From Octopus vulgaris (lineage: Eukaryota): a stretch of DNA of 64,000 nt. The position numbers and the translations under genes are program-made. The DNA lies in contig OX597814.1 in NCBI GenBank assembly GCA_951406725.2, positions 54,436,001-54,500,000 of the forward strand, written 5' to 3'. The notes beneath the pieces were generated by a model, which was not told where the DNA came from, did not search any database, and saw only the letters and a list, made by a program, of their open reading frames with translations. Below, piece by piece: positions 13,900 to 26,790 of this stretch; the stretch's first letter is position 1; the number at the start of each line of letters is the position of its first letter.

Positions 13900-16800
13900 T
13901 GATTGATGTAGTGAAGGTGATAGGATTAATAAGTTAAGAATAGTCTTATATAATATAACAGTGACATTTATCTCTGCATATGCTCAACTTGCTGGAATAG
14001 CAGATGAACAGATGGACTGTTTCTGTGAGTCTTTTCTGTAGACTACCTCAACAACAAAGGACAATTACCTTATTATTGTAGCTGGTGACTTCAATGGTCA
14101 TGTTAGGCAAAACATCAATGGAATTTCATGGTGTACATGAAGGTTTTTGCTTTGGCACTAGAAATGAGGAGGGGACAAGAGTCCTGAAGTTCTGTGATGC
14201 AAATAACTTTTTGGTTTGAAACACTAATTTCAGGAAACCAGCCAACCATCTTATCACTTATCAGTTTGTGTGCACTCAAGCCAGATTAACTATATTCTCA
14301 TCAGAAGCAGGAATAGACAGATGTTTATAAATGCAGAGTCCTGTCCCAGTGAGGAATGTACAGCTCAACACAAGTTAGTAGTTAGCAACGTCAGATTTAG
14401 GGCTAAATGGATACAGAGATGTAAACCAATTTGGAAAAGGAAGTTATGGAAGCTCAAAGATCCATTAAACCATCAGAGATTTAGAGACATTCTGATTAAT
14501 GTGTTTGATGAGAAAGAGGAGGAGGTTGTGACATATAATGTAGAAGACAACTGGAAGTTCATATAACACAACCTACTGAAGGCAGCAGACCAAATCTATG
14601 GTTTGGGCAAAGTCTCTACCAGACAGAGAGTGACTTGGTGGCAGAACAGTGAGATAGATAAGGTTATAAAAGTGAAGAGACAGGCCTGGAAAGAATGGAG
14701 AAATGGAGGTGGCAAAGAGCTATATCAGGTATACAAGAGGGAAGTTAGGCAACAGGTTTTATCTAGCAAGGGCAGAAGTATAAAGGAGGTAGTTTGCCAA
14801 TGTTTCACAACATGAAGATTGGAGACTTGAAGTGTTCCAGATCTCTAGACAGTGTGCCAGAGAGAATCAAGATATTGTGGGAGAGAAGTGTGTACAGATA
14901 GATAATGGTATGCTTGCACTCAGTGACTCTGAAAAGAAAGAGGTATGGAAGTGCTATTATGAAAGGCTATTAAATGTGGAGAATGAAAGTGAACCTAACA
15001 GAAGGACTAGGTGTTCATGTCAACAACAGTATGATAAATAAGGCAATTAAGGATATGAAGACAAGGAAAGACTCATATCCATCAGGTGTAATCACTGAGA
15101 TGCTTAAAGTATCTGGTGGAGTAGGATACAGATGATATATCAATAAAGAACTCATGTATTTTTTCAGTGGTTTAAATAGTTAGGGTACATCTGGTATCTT
15201 TTACTTTTGCTTGTTTCAGTCATGGACTGTGGTCATACTGGAGCACTGCCTTGAAGGGTTTTAGTCGACTAAATCAACCCAGCACTAATTTTTTCCATTT
15301 CTTTTTAAAGTCTGGTATTTATTCTGTTGGTCTCCCTGTGCCAAATTGCTAAGTTACAAGGATGTAAACAAACCAACACCATTTCTCGAGCATTGTGAAG
15401 GGGGAGGGAAAAACACAAACACACACATATATATATATATATGACGTATGATGCCACCCTGCTGACTAGATGAGCAGGCCAACATCATTGCACCTGATCA
15501 GAAGGTCAGTGCATCATAGGGGTTACCCATTTACAGCTGAGCATACTAGAGCAACATGAAATAAATTGTTTTGCTCAAGAACAAAACATGCTGAGAATTA
15601 AAACCATGATATCATGATCGAGAGTGCAACACCTCTAACCACTAGGTTACACACACATATCTCTGTTGATTTATCAGAAATTACAGGACTCAACACAAAC
15701 GTAGAGTTTTTTTTAATACATAATAACTGAAAGGCTTCATACAGTTCCTAATAACTGAATTCACTCATATGGCTTTGGTCAGCCTGGGGCTATAGAAGTT
15801 ATTTGCTCATAGTGCTGCACAGTGAAACTTAAACCCGAAGCCATGTGTTTGCAAAGCAAGCTTCTTAACCACACAGCTTTCCTTGTTCCTATGAAAAAAA
15901 CAAAAAAAAATTCTGAAACAACCCCAAAAAACTGGGAAATTGGTTTACATCATCTTATACATACCTAACTGAGATTTGAAACTGAGTCTGCACACTTGTT
16001 GCTTGTCAGATGACTGTCTGATTCCATTGTGTTTTATTTCCATGCTTGGAGATTAATGAGACACATCTGACCTCCTAGGATCTTTGCTGGTCATTGAAGG
16101 GTCAGTCCATTGATTTTCTTTTCTACTTTAGGCACAAGGCCTGAAATTTTGGGGAGGGCCCAGTCAATTAGATCGACCCCAGTACGCAATTGGTACTTAA
16201 TTTATTGACCCTGAAAGGATGAAAGGCAAAGTCGACCTTGGCAGAATTTGATCTCAGAACATTAAGACAGATGAAATACTGCAAAGCATTGCACCCGGCA
16301 TGCTAACATTTCTCCCAGCATGGAGATAAATCTCCCTGTATGTTGCTTGTCAGATGACTGTCTGATTCCATTGTGTTTTATTTCCATGCTTGGAGATTAA
16401 TGAGAAACATCTGACTTCCTAGGATCTTTGCTGGTCATTGAAGGGTCAGTCCATCTCTAGCAGTTGAGCATCCATCATTAACCAGACCAAGAAAGGTCAA
16501 AATTATGTGATCTAGTGGTCTCATTGCTGGAGGTGGCAGGGATTTATCTCCCCACTAGTGATATAAACAAGAGTGCATTTTGCACCAAAATCCAGTATGA
16601 GAGTTTCTTTCATGGTATCTACTGCAGTATAGTTTGTTCTAACAGAACATCTACATTTAAGTGAGGATAAATATTACCTTATGGCATCAATACAGCCTCT
16701 GTTGCTTACATACATATTTTAAATGATATGATATAAAGCTTATATTAATTTTGTCTTATAATTTTTTAATGTTATCTATGCTATTTCATTGTGAATATCT

Positions 16801-17733
16801 TTTAACATTATATGTATCATTATTAAACATTTATGTTCTCTGCTGACATGGGATGGATGGTTTCATAGAATCTAATAGATCCGTCATGCACCAATGTCTG
16901 TTTTGGCATGGATGGATTCTATAACTGAATGCACTTTACAAGGTGTACTGGGAGTTTTTTTTCATGCCACTAGTTCAGTTGAGATCACTATGCAACTTGT
17001 AAGACTAAGAATTCCAGAGTGGGGGTGGCTTTATGCTCAAAGACAAGAGAGTCAAAGTATGAGGGAAGGAGGAAAAGCAGGTTTTTATGTTGTAGAAGAA
17101 CTACATTTAAAAGAAAGGGTGAGAATGATCAGGTGAGCTGGAAAGAGATACATAGTGGTGATAAAGTGTCTAGGTGGCCCCCCAAGGTACAATGTGAGTA
17201 GAAAAGGATGGGGACAGAGGAACTAGAAATGTGGGAGAGGGGGCTGCAAGAGTACATGGGAAAATGCGAGAGGGATAAAAAGTAGGCAACAACTGTAAAG
17301 ATTGGGTAGAGTTGAAGGGTGGATGTAAGGAATAGTGGATAAAGGCTGGAGTGGGGATGACCAATGATGGTTCAGTTGGGGATGACCACTGATGTAGAAG
17401 AGAGTGGGGGAGAGCAGTAGGATAGTTATAGTGAAAGTAATGATACAGTTTACAGGGAGAAGACAAGAGAGAGATTATGTTTGGTTGGGTAGGCTGCAGG
17501 GGTGGAGAAGGAGGGGCAAGTATAGTGCATGATGAGATAATTTGAACGTTCAGTAGACAGGGGTTACCAATGCAATGTGAGTGAGAGAACAATGAGTGAA
17601 GAATGGCCAAAAAGTGAAATAATTGGAGGTAACAAGAAAAATATGTGGCATCAAGGGAGAGCTGGAGTGAGAGAGATTACAGGTGGAGGGAGTGATAAGA
17701 GGAATAGATAGGGTGAAGGGCCTATTTTTGTAA

Positions 17734-17783
<50 letters not shown>

Positions 17784-20438
17784 GTGCTTTCAGAACTCAA
17801 GAACTGTGAATAACCATCTGAATTGAGCTTAAGACCCTGTTCAAAGATGTGGGGAAGAATTTTGGCATGCAGATGCAGAGTGCTCATTGTGCCCCTTCTT
17901 GCTGACCATGGCTTTATAGTTTCTGCAGCAGCTGTGCATCTCTTACAGCCTTTATTGTGTTTACATTGCATGGAGCAGCCGTCTTGATGTTGGCATTTTG
18001 ATACCTGGTGTGTATCATCAGGATACAAGTAACTCTTTTCCAATACTCAGATGACTTCCAGTCCTCCATTTTATCTAACTTATTCGCAACTACAACTTTA
18101 ATCTTTACTAGCGCTATGACCCGACAACGCCGGGTCATAGTGCTAGTGCATGCATATACAGCTGCGTGCGTGCGTACATACACTTGAGTACTGTCCAAAT
18201 CTCCGACCAATCACATACAGCTAGCTGGCATTCAATTGGCGTATCAAGTTTCAGGCATTTTGATTGGGTTTAGGATAGAAAATTCACAAAAAAGTCACTC
18301 CAATTGATTTTTTAATGGCTTTGCGGGGTGACTGGGGAAATGTAAAGATATGCACGACCACCCTTGGATGGCTTTGAATGACCATAGAAAGTGCGAGCCC
18401 TCTAATTGAAAAATTGTGAATTTGTATAAAGGACACACACAGAGACATTTTGCCGTTTATATATATAGAGATGTTCTCCAATGCCACTGACTGTTCACCA
18501 ATACACCAAGCTGTTCCTGAAAAAATGTGATTTAAAAAATCATTAAATTTAGCCTAAACACCCTGTATATATCATCATTTAATGTCTATGTTCCATGTTG
18601 CCATGGGCTGGACAGTTTGACAAAGATCCAATGAGTTCAAGTACTGCATAATACTCCAGTGGCTGTTCTGGCATGATTTCTACAGCTTGATGCCCTTCCT
18701 ATTCCCAACTATTTTACAGTGTGTACTGGGTGCTTTTTTCATGCCACCAACACTACTGAGGTCACCATGTAGTCTGAAGAGATTCTGCATCCTTATGTTA
18801 GGCTTTAAAATACGAATGAAGGCATTGGGGGCAGAGCAGGTTCTTGTCAAAGAGCTACATGGTTGCTCACATTTAGGAGAGAGAGAGTAAGAATGAACTG
18901 GCGGTATCTTTCCTTATGTGTTTATTAATGGCAATTGGCTTTACACAACAAATCAGACAAGTGACTAGGACAAATTCCAAGTGAAACTGAAGTTCATATG
19001 ACGGTGGAATGACATGGCTGATAGGGCTGTAAAAACTAAAAGAAAGGTTTGGAAAACTTGGAAGAAAGGTAGTAGTAAGGAGCATTATCAAATGGCTGGG
19101 AGAGCAGTTAGATGACAAGTACACCTGGCTAAGAATGAGTCAGAAAGGAAGAGATTTGCACATGTTCTACAATGTGAGGATCAGAGGCATGAAGTGTTCA
19201 GGATTGCAAGATATGTAAGAGAGAACCAGGACATCATTATAAGAAGTGTATTTGGAAAGTTGAAGGCAGAGTCACTAACGGTATGGAAGACAAGAAAGTA
19301 GCATGGAGATACTATTATGAGAGGCTGTTATATGTGGAGTTACCTTATACTAAATCTGGAGCAGAACCAGCATTTCAAGATGATAACAGCATGATAGGTA
19401 AAGTGATTAAAGACATGAAAGCTATGAGTCCATCAGGGATAGTTGTAAAGATGCTCAAAATATCTGATGAGGTAGGATACATGACAATGGCCTGGATAAT
19501 TAATAATATTATAGAAAAAAGTCATACCCAATGACTGGTTAGCAATATCATCATAAACTGCTACAAAGACAAAGGAAAGCCCTTTAAAGAGAAACAATCA
19601 TCATCATCACCATCATCATCGTTTAACGTCTGTTTTCCATGCTAGCATGGGTTGGACGGTTCGACCGGGATCTGGGAAGCCAGAAGGCTGCACCAGGCTC
19701 CAGTCTGATCTGGCAGTGTTTCTACAGCTGGATGCCCTTCCTAACGCCAACCACTCCGTGAGTGTAGTTGGATCAGGTTATGAAGGTCATAGGGAGAGTC
19801 ATAACATAATTTATCCATGTCAGAGTAGCGTTAGATGAGATGCAATTTGGCTTCATGTACAGAAAAGATACCATAGATGCAATCTTCCTTGTGAGGCAAC
19901 TGTAGAAAATAATTGCTCAAAGTACTGAGCTGTGAAATTGTAAACGGTTGAGAAGTGAACTTCTTAACTACATAATCATGGATCAAATGGGAGACTGATT
20001 TTCTACAGCTTGATACTCTTCCTGTTGCCATGCAAGATAATCTTTTCCCTCTAATCTGGACATGTTCATTACAAGAGATCTAAACAAACAACACCGCTTC
20101 ATGACGGTAATGTATGTTTGCAAATAAGCGCGCTATTTCAAGACAAGGTGACAGAAACACACCTACGCACACATATATATACGATATGACGTCTGTGTGT
20201 GTGTACACACACACACACATGCAATAACATAAATTTGTGTGACTGGGGGCAGGGCAAAATATTGTGCGTATATACACACATAAGAAAAAAGAAAGAGAGA
20301 GAAAGAAAAATACAACAACCAACCAGAACGTAAAACATTGTGTTGATTCTTTTTGATGCTTTCTCTGGAAACTGGGAATAAGAAATCCGTCATAGTGCTA
20401 ACAGTCTTACGTAGCGTGGCTTCCACATTCGAAGCCAT
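6768..20438 (-). CDS. TMEM17: Transmembrane protein 17 (ciliary transition zone, TMEM17/TMEM216 family); spliced CDS join(20438-20324,13319-13216,8388-8275,7010-6768), 576 nt, 191 aa
   Basis: Four GT-AG exons with matching phases (1,0,0). The translation contains family motifs SLPFQMELYFNVWFFPFW, IEIIRLYLGYIGNLMER and VPELAGSWLLTLLMQFPLIIFLLFNEG, matching my recollection of vertebrate TMEM17 (QMSLYFN, IRLYLGYVGNLQEKVPELAGFWLL). Confidence 0.95.
8275..8388 (-). CDS. TMEM17: TMEM17 coding exon 3
   Basis: Acceptor tatttccag|, donor AGA|GTATGT, 114 nt, FSKLSIVYKILLVAAYVMFGIIEIIRLYLGYIGNLMER. Confidence 0.95.
9128..9810 (+). mobile_element. Two SINE copies of the 'gagttcaaattctgctgagg...gtactgggg' family
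   Basis: tRNA-like A/B boxes and a shared body; the family also occurs at 12855-13035, 16115-16320, 24420-25340, 41255-43570, 55320-55660 and 60710-61030. Confidence 0.75.
10130..10627 (+). mobile_element. Penelope-like element RT remnant
   Basis: Decayed motifs DNITIKPTNKSGA (cf. IKPADKGG), IHKSNN..ISICNCLTE (cf. PKIHK..RPIVS) and LFTMDI; interrupted by a hAT-like MITE beginning cagtggttttcaacc at about 10628. Confidence 0.6.
12064..12480 (-). mobile_element. RTE-clade LINE 3' RT fragment
   Basis: MLHGSKTW...RRLHWFGHAMHMDED...GRGSPRKTW, typical RTE C-terminus. Confidence 0.85.
13216..13319 (-). CDS. TMEM17: TMEM17 coding exon 2
   Basis: Acceptor ttttctctcag|, donor AAG|GTAGGT, 104 nt, (G)HEYVTSLPFQMELYFNVWFFPFWLVSAIAALAFK. 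Confidence 0.95.
13900..15130 (+). mobile_element. RTE-clade LINE endonuclease/linker fragment
   Basis: ISAYAQ, AGDFNGHV, SQINYILIR, QHKLVV, WWQNSEI and YYERLLNVEN motifs with frameshifts. Confidence 0.85.
17781..18565 (-). mobile_element. Second partial copy of the same DD37D/maT-like transposon
   Basis: 17785-18110 is the reverse-complement homologue of 1463-1770; terminus TA|CAGGGTGTTTAGGCTAAATTT on minus. Confidence 0.7.
18950..19910 (+). mobile_element. RTE-clade LINE fragment with a SINE inserted at about 19598-19770
   Basis: AWRYYYERLLYVE and SPSGIVVKMLK; homologous to 14600-15130. Confidence 0.75.
20324..20438 (-). CDS. TMEM17: TMEM17 coding exon 1 (MASNVEATLRKTVSTMTDFLFPVSRESIKKNQHNVLRS+G)
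   Basis: ATG at 20438; donor TCTG|GTTGGT; 115 nt, phase 1 fits exon 2; lies in a CpG-retaining region. Confidence 0.85.
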
Positions 20439-20595
20439 TGTGCAAAATAAAGTGTAGCGAGTTTCAACAAAATGAATAAGTTCGCAGCGATATTAAAATA
20501 AATCGCAGCATTGAAATTATAACAAATTTCATTAGCGAATCATTACATTTCTCTTCTTCGATCGGGAATAGACATCATCCTAACAACGAAGAACT

Positions 20596-20660
20596 GTTTC
20601 GTGTGACAACTACTTTAGTTTGACTCCATGTTGCTTGTTGCCATAGTGTATTTGTAAACA
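20596..20660 (-). promoter_or_regulatory. Putative TMEM17 proximal promoter: RFX X-box-like sites and a forkhead site
   Basis: GTTTCGTGTGACAAC (20596-20610), GTTGCCATAGTGTA (20637-20650; ATGGCAAC half-site on minus) and GTAAACA (20654-20660), 160-220 nt upstream of the ATG of a ciliary gene. Confidence 0.5.
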
Positions 20661-20754
20661 ACAATAGTTTCGCAAAAAGTAATTAAATAATTAATTAATT
20701 AACGAGTGAAAAGAAAAATATTCTTATCGCTTAGCACTTAATTTAATATGTATT

Positions 20755-20821
<67 letters not shown>

Positions 20822-21179
20822 TTATATATATATGCGAACTTTAGATTAGTTAAAATACGGTTGTGACTTATTTCAACTTTTGTAACTACAGAGAATATTC
20901 TTTTAGAAGTTGAAATATGTTACAAACATATTTTAACTAACCTAAAGTTCGCATATGCCTAATCACCTGTTTGACGCTAACACTGTTGAATATATAGATA
21001 TACTGAAATTATATATATATATATTTATATATATAATTAATTTAGACAGACAGTTGTATGCAATGTGTTACCAAAAAGGAAAACTATAATTGTCACTAAA
21101 TGACTAGGGTTTTAGAACATCTACATTGCTACGAATAAGCTCTTATTTCTAGCAATATAGGTGTTCTAACACCCTAGTC

Positions 21180-21254
<75 letters not shown>

Positions 21255-21817
21255 GGAATTTAGAATATTCAAAAATATAAAGCTTAGAGAAAGTCGTCGC
21301 TTAACTCAGTATATTCCTAACTTATTTCCTAACCCCGTTCCTCTATTTGGCATTCCTACACAAGTGTCTCTGCCGATTTTTTTTATATTCATAACTTTCA
21401 GCAAAATGGGTATTTTCTATGAAATTTTTCTACAAATACCGAGTGTATCGGAAGTTAATGTGAAAAAAAGAAAGACAAAACTAGTTGACGTGCGCATACT
21501 GTGAAAACATTGATATGTGTATACGAATGAGTATACACCCAGCTATTTTATGTGTGAGGGGGGGGTGTTTCCACAACAAGTTCCTCTATAATCGGAATCT
21601 CCACCATCTGAAAGATTTTTGTAGAAAATTTCACTAAGAAAATATTCATTTTCCCGAAAGCTATAAGGAAGTAAAATCGGTGGGGCACACATGTGTAGTT
21701 AAGCTCAGTGTTTTACGGAACGCTTCCTCTCAGCTATTCCAATTTTAGGAATTGCTTCGTTATTGGTCTTGAAGTCAACTGATCCAAGCCAGCTGATTGT
21801 TCGGCAATTTCCGTAAA

Positions 21818-22916
21818 GAATTTTTATTTATTTACTTACGTTTTCATGTCCTGTTGAAGCCGACATTTGCTTTGAAGTCGGTGAGGGAGGTGATAAATGA
21901 AACGCGCGAGCAAATGCTCGCGCGCGCACACCCGTGCCCATTGACTTTCATGTCGATGTATTGAATAGTGAAACACTCGCACAATGTATGTATGTATGTA
22001 CGTACATACATACATACCTACAGTTTTGTTAACAAAACTGTCCGATGAACGGGAACGTGAAACTCCGAGTAACAGGTTTTGTTGAATTTCTGCTGCTTTT
22101 AAATAAAGCATATTACTCTACTCCTGGTATTTGAGTACTCTTTTTTCCACCTTGTTTCACATTTATATATATATATATATCTATATATGTACGTACGCAT
22201 ATATGAAAGATAATGAGGGGTGTTGCTTGTATATGTCTGCAAGCGTGTTCAGCTTTATGTATTTGTATTCACACACACACACACACAAAAGCAATTATTA
22301 GACACATCAATAGTTGCTTCTAAAATCAGCTCACCCTGATCCCTCTTATTGCTTTTCTTTACCGTGTGGAATGATCCCCTGTAAAGACATCGGAACCTAA
22401 GTTTGAATCTTTTGAGCACTACTAAGTGTCTTCTATACAGAGAATATCTGGATCTCATCTGTGTATTATATACACACACACAAAAAGATGCATGTATATG
22501 TGTATATGTATGTGCGTGTATAGGAAAGAAAGGGTGTATTTGTGTTTGTCTGAGTACTAAATACATAAAGCTGAACACGCGCTCGTGCACGCACACACAC
22601 ACACCCATTATCTTTCAAATGCATGTACATACTTAAATACACACATACATTGTGCAAGTGTGGTATCGGGTTTTCGTATGTATGTGTCTGTGTAGGAATA
22701 CAAATACATGAAACTGAGCACACTCGCGCGCACACACTTACACCCTGTCTTTCATATACACGAACATAGATAAAAACTAAGATACATACATATATAATGT
22801 GTGTGTGACTATGTGCGCATGTTTGCTAGCATGTGTTTCACTTTTCACCTCCCTCACCGACTTCAAAGCAAACGTCGGCTTCAACAGGACATGAAAACAA
22901 AAGTAAATAAATATTC
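21818..22916. mobile_element. Fold-back element with about 80-bp terminal inverted arms and internal inverted modules
   Basis: 21840-21893 is the reverse complement of 22845-22898 with 1 mismatch; 22205-22271 pairs with 22550-22617. Confidence 0.65.
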
Positions 22917-23767
22917 ACCCGCTCTATGTCCTGAAACATATCCATCTAAATCTTCTCCAACTGGGGTACTCTTGTATATCTTCAACAAAATATTTACCAC
23001 TATCTCTCATCAAAAGCCACCTCCCTCAATACTTTGTCTTGTAAGTTACTTGGTGACCCTGCTGGTGCTAGTGTCAAATGAAAGCAATCAGGACACTTTA
23101 TGAAGGGCTTCCAACTGTAGAAACTACCCCAAAACAGACAATAGAGTTTGGCACAGCCCTCTGGCTTACCAGCATTTGTTAAACCATCTAACCCATGCCA
23201 GCATAGAGAAAAGACGTTAAATGATGCTGATGAGGACGATATATTAGAAAAGTAGGTCGTCCAATTTTTCATGAGTCGGAAAAGGAAGCTACTCCTCTAT
23301 TTGAAAATAGAGTGGTTATATTATTAAGTGTTATGTCATGCCAGCTAATTAATAGTGTTATCTGCGTTTTAAAACAATTTAAAATATTCAAACAAAATCT
23401 TACAGCTGGTTGTTTACTTCAGAATGGTGAAGAAGGAGGAGTAAAACAAAGAAAATTGTAATTTTTAAAGTTTTTATTTTCTTTTTTACTTTCATCTATT
23501 TATTTTTGTAGAATTATAATCTCCAGAGTGTCTCTGAATTTATGTTCCAAAACAGAAAAATTTCAAAACAATCCTACTCATTTTGTGTTTTGCACATGAA
23601 CTAAAAAAATATGAGTCATGTCTAAAGAAATTTCAAAACTGAACTAGTTTCCCATCTGTGATCATTCCATTTTTTAATCCCAACTCTTAACCAAACCATA
23701 ACTCATAGCTAAAACTTAACTAGCAACACATTTATAGTATACTAAATTTTATTGAATATGTACTGCA

Positions 23768-24155
23768 TGGGTGAGTGTGTGGTAAGAAGTTTGCTTCTCA
23801 ACCACATGCTTTTGGGTTCAATCCCACTGCATGGCACCTTGGGCAAGTATCTACTATAGAACAAGGCTGACCAAAACTTTGTGAATGGATTTGGTAGACA
23901 GAAATTGAAATAAGTCCATCACATGCACACATGTATGTGTCTTGATATCACATGGTAGTTGTATATGAGTGTCACTGTAATACAAGCAGTGTCAGTCATT
24001 TCCAATATTCTGCAAGAACTTGTCTGACGATGAGAAAATATTATCTTTCTTAGTAATAGGAATGGGTTGGTGATAGGAAGGACATTGAATTAGAGAATCT
24101 GCCTCATAAAAGCTGTCTAAATCCTTGCAAGATAGAAAAATTGGATGTTAAAATG
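23768..24155 (+). mobile_element. tRNA-SINE with 10-bp target-site duplication ATGTACTGCA
   Basis: TSD at 23758-23767 and 24156-24165; B-box gggttcaatccc. Confidence 0.8.
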
Positions 24156-26449
24156 ATGTACTGCAAAATGAATCAGATTTTCAGCAGCCATTTGTTTTTT
24201 GGAAAATTTGTTTCAGGCCATAAAATCTGAGATCCCCAATATTTGGAACAAATTCAAAGAGCATTTAAAATAAGGTTATGAATGTGATCACTTATTCTGA
24301 AATTCTGCTTCATGTTGTTGCATTATTTTATACTCATGAATTTGCATTTCCCCTAATATAAAATTGCTTGATTTCCTGTAAATGATAGTGGTAAAATTTA
24401 GATAAAATGATTGCTAATACAATTTCATTCTACTATAAGTACAAGACCTGAAATTTTGGTGGAAGGTGGCTAGTTGATTACATTGACATCAATGCTTAAC
24501 TGGTACTTGTTTTATTGACCCCAAAAGGATGAAAAGTCAAGTTGACCTTGATGGAACTTGAACTCAGAAGAAATGCCACAAAGCATTTTATCCAGCACAG
24601 TTATGAGTCTGCTAGTTACCTTTTGATGCTGTAAGGGCTGTAGATTATCAGAGTCATTAGAACACTGAACAAAAAGCCTTGCATCATTTGTTTTGACACT
24701 ATGTTCCGAGTTCAAATTTAGTCATGATCAATTTTCCCTCAAGAGTTAATAAAATAATGTATCAGACAAGTACTGGGGTTGATATAATTTATTGACATTC
24801 CCCACCAAATGTTTGGCATTGTGTCATTAACTCAATAATTTAAATTATTTTACTTCATGATGAAGTCTTGATGTGATTGCTCAATCTACTAGAAATCACA
24901 ACCAATTATAATTATACCCACCTACCTAATAGCGAAAAAATTGTAAATTATCTGACACTCATACCATATCATATTAATAACAATCCTTTCTACACTAAGC
25001 ATAAGGCCTAAAATACAGGAATTAGTTGATTGTATCAACCCTGGTACTCATTTCACCAACCTCAAAAGGATGAAAGGCAAAGTTGACTCAGAACGTAAAG
25101 ACAAAGTACTCAAGCCTTTTGCCTGGCTTGCTAACAATTCTTATTTCTTTATTGCCCACATGGGGCTAAACATAGAGGGGACAAACAAGGACAGACAAAG
25201 GGATTAAGTACTTAATTTATCAACCCTGAAATGATGAAAGGCAAAGTCGACCTCGGCTGAATTTGAACTCAGAATGTAACAGACAAAATACTGCTAAGCA
25301 TTTTGCCCAGCGTGCTAACGTTTCTGCCAGCTTGCCGCCTTATCACATTAATAAGCATAAACATAATTCTTTAAAAAATAAAAATAAAAATAAAAAAATT
25401 TAACAAGCAACCAATAACACGATCAAAAGAAATCAATAATGAAAATAATTCAATGAAAACACAAACATTCACATATTTTATTTTAATATCATTGGAAGTG
25501 ACAAAAATGTCGATAGATTTAAAGATAGATACAAAGAAGAAACATTAGTGAGAGTTTGATTTGAGTGAGAAGGGGGGTTCTCGCTTTGAAATCTTAAAAA
25601 TAGATCCTAAATATTACTCTTTTAGGAAGGTTACTGTTGTAAAGTTTACAATAGATAGATATATTTTGATGTTTCAGTGCCTCTGGGCATTAACACATTT
25701 GCTGTAGTGAATTCAAAAAAGCTTATTTAAATTACACCCATAGTAATGAAATAAAAAGTTCATTCTGGTCAAGAAAGCTATGGAATTTGAGTTAAAGTGA
25801 AGTGTAAATCTGATCTTTAGCAATACAGTGATGACTCTAGAGCTGTTTGAGTTTTATTTGGTTCATGGCATGTTCACTTAAATACTATCTTCATTCCAAA
25901 ACATGTTTCATAAATATTTTAGGCTAATGACTACGAAGTTTTAATGGGAAAGAGAAGTGAAGGGTGGTGATGGGAAGGGCATCCTACAGTAGAAAATCTG
26001 CCTCAAACTTTCTAACTCATGCAAGCATGGAAAGGGGATGTGAAATGATATTTACAAAGTCTATATTATCGATTAAAGATTTCCAATGGGACAATCAGCA
26101 TGCATTTCTGAAGGTGAGAGTGAAAGAGGAATGTATGTAACTTGAATAGAATGAATACAACTTTTTTTCTTTGTTTGAAATGAACTAATTTATAGGTTTT
26201 TTTCACCAATGTGGTTACCTTTTTCCAGCATGCAGATTTGAACGAGATTTATCAGGTTTAAAAGGTTTTGATACAGTCTATTTGGTTTCATTGATTTATT
26301 ACTGACTTATTTGACATCAGATGTTTTCATGTTCCTCTTATTCTCTCCCTCTGTTCATGTGTGTCAGCATATTTCTGTGTGTATGAGGAAAGGGTAAGTG
26401 TTCATGTCAATGGTGCTCAAATTGTAATGTCTATCACTCTTTATATCTG

Positions 26450-26790
26450 CATATTTGAAATGAAGCTAATATGCTCTGCTGGATGTGCAATGTCAGAGTG
26501 CATTTGTAACAGTGTAAGCATCTCGAAAAAATATTTGGGCATAAGAGGCATCAGATGTGGTGTGCAAGAGAGATGCCTGTGCTGGTATGGTCATGTGATG
26601 CATATGGACGAGAACAGTTGTGCAAAGAAGTGCCTGTGTCTAACTGTGAAGGGAACCTGTGGAAGAGGTAGACCCAAGAAGACAGGATGAAGTGGTGGAG
26701 TATAATCTTTGAATGTTGAGTCTAATAGAGGTGATGCCAAGTGACTGAGACTTCTGGTGATTTGCTGTGCTTGAGAAGACATCAATCTAA
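26450..26790 (+). mobile_element. RTE-clade LINE 3' fragment
   Basis: LGIRGIRCGVQERCLCWYGHVMHMDE..GRGRPKKT. Confidence 0.8.

Noticed and set aside
21834-21900. Strong minus-strand donor AAC|GTAAGT as an upstream TMEM17 exon
   Set aside because: No good acceptor before the ATG exon, no open frame into exon 2, and it lies in a repeat arm.
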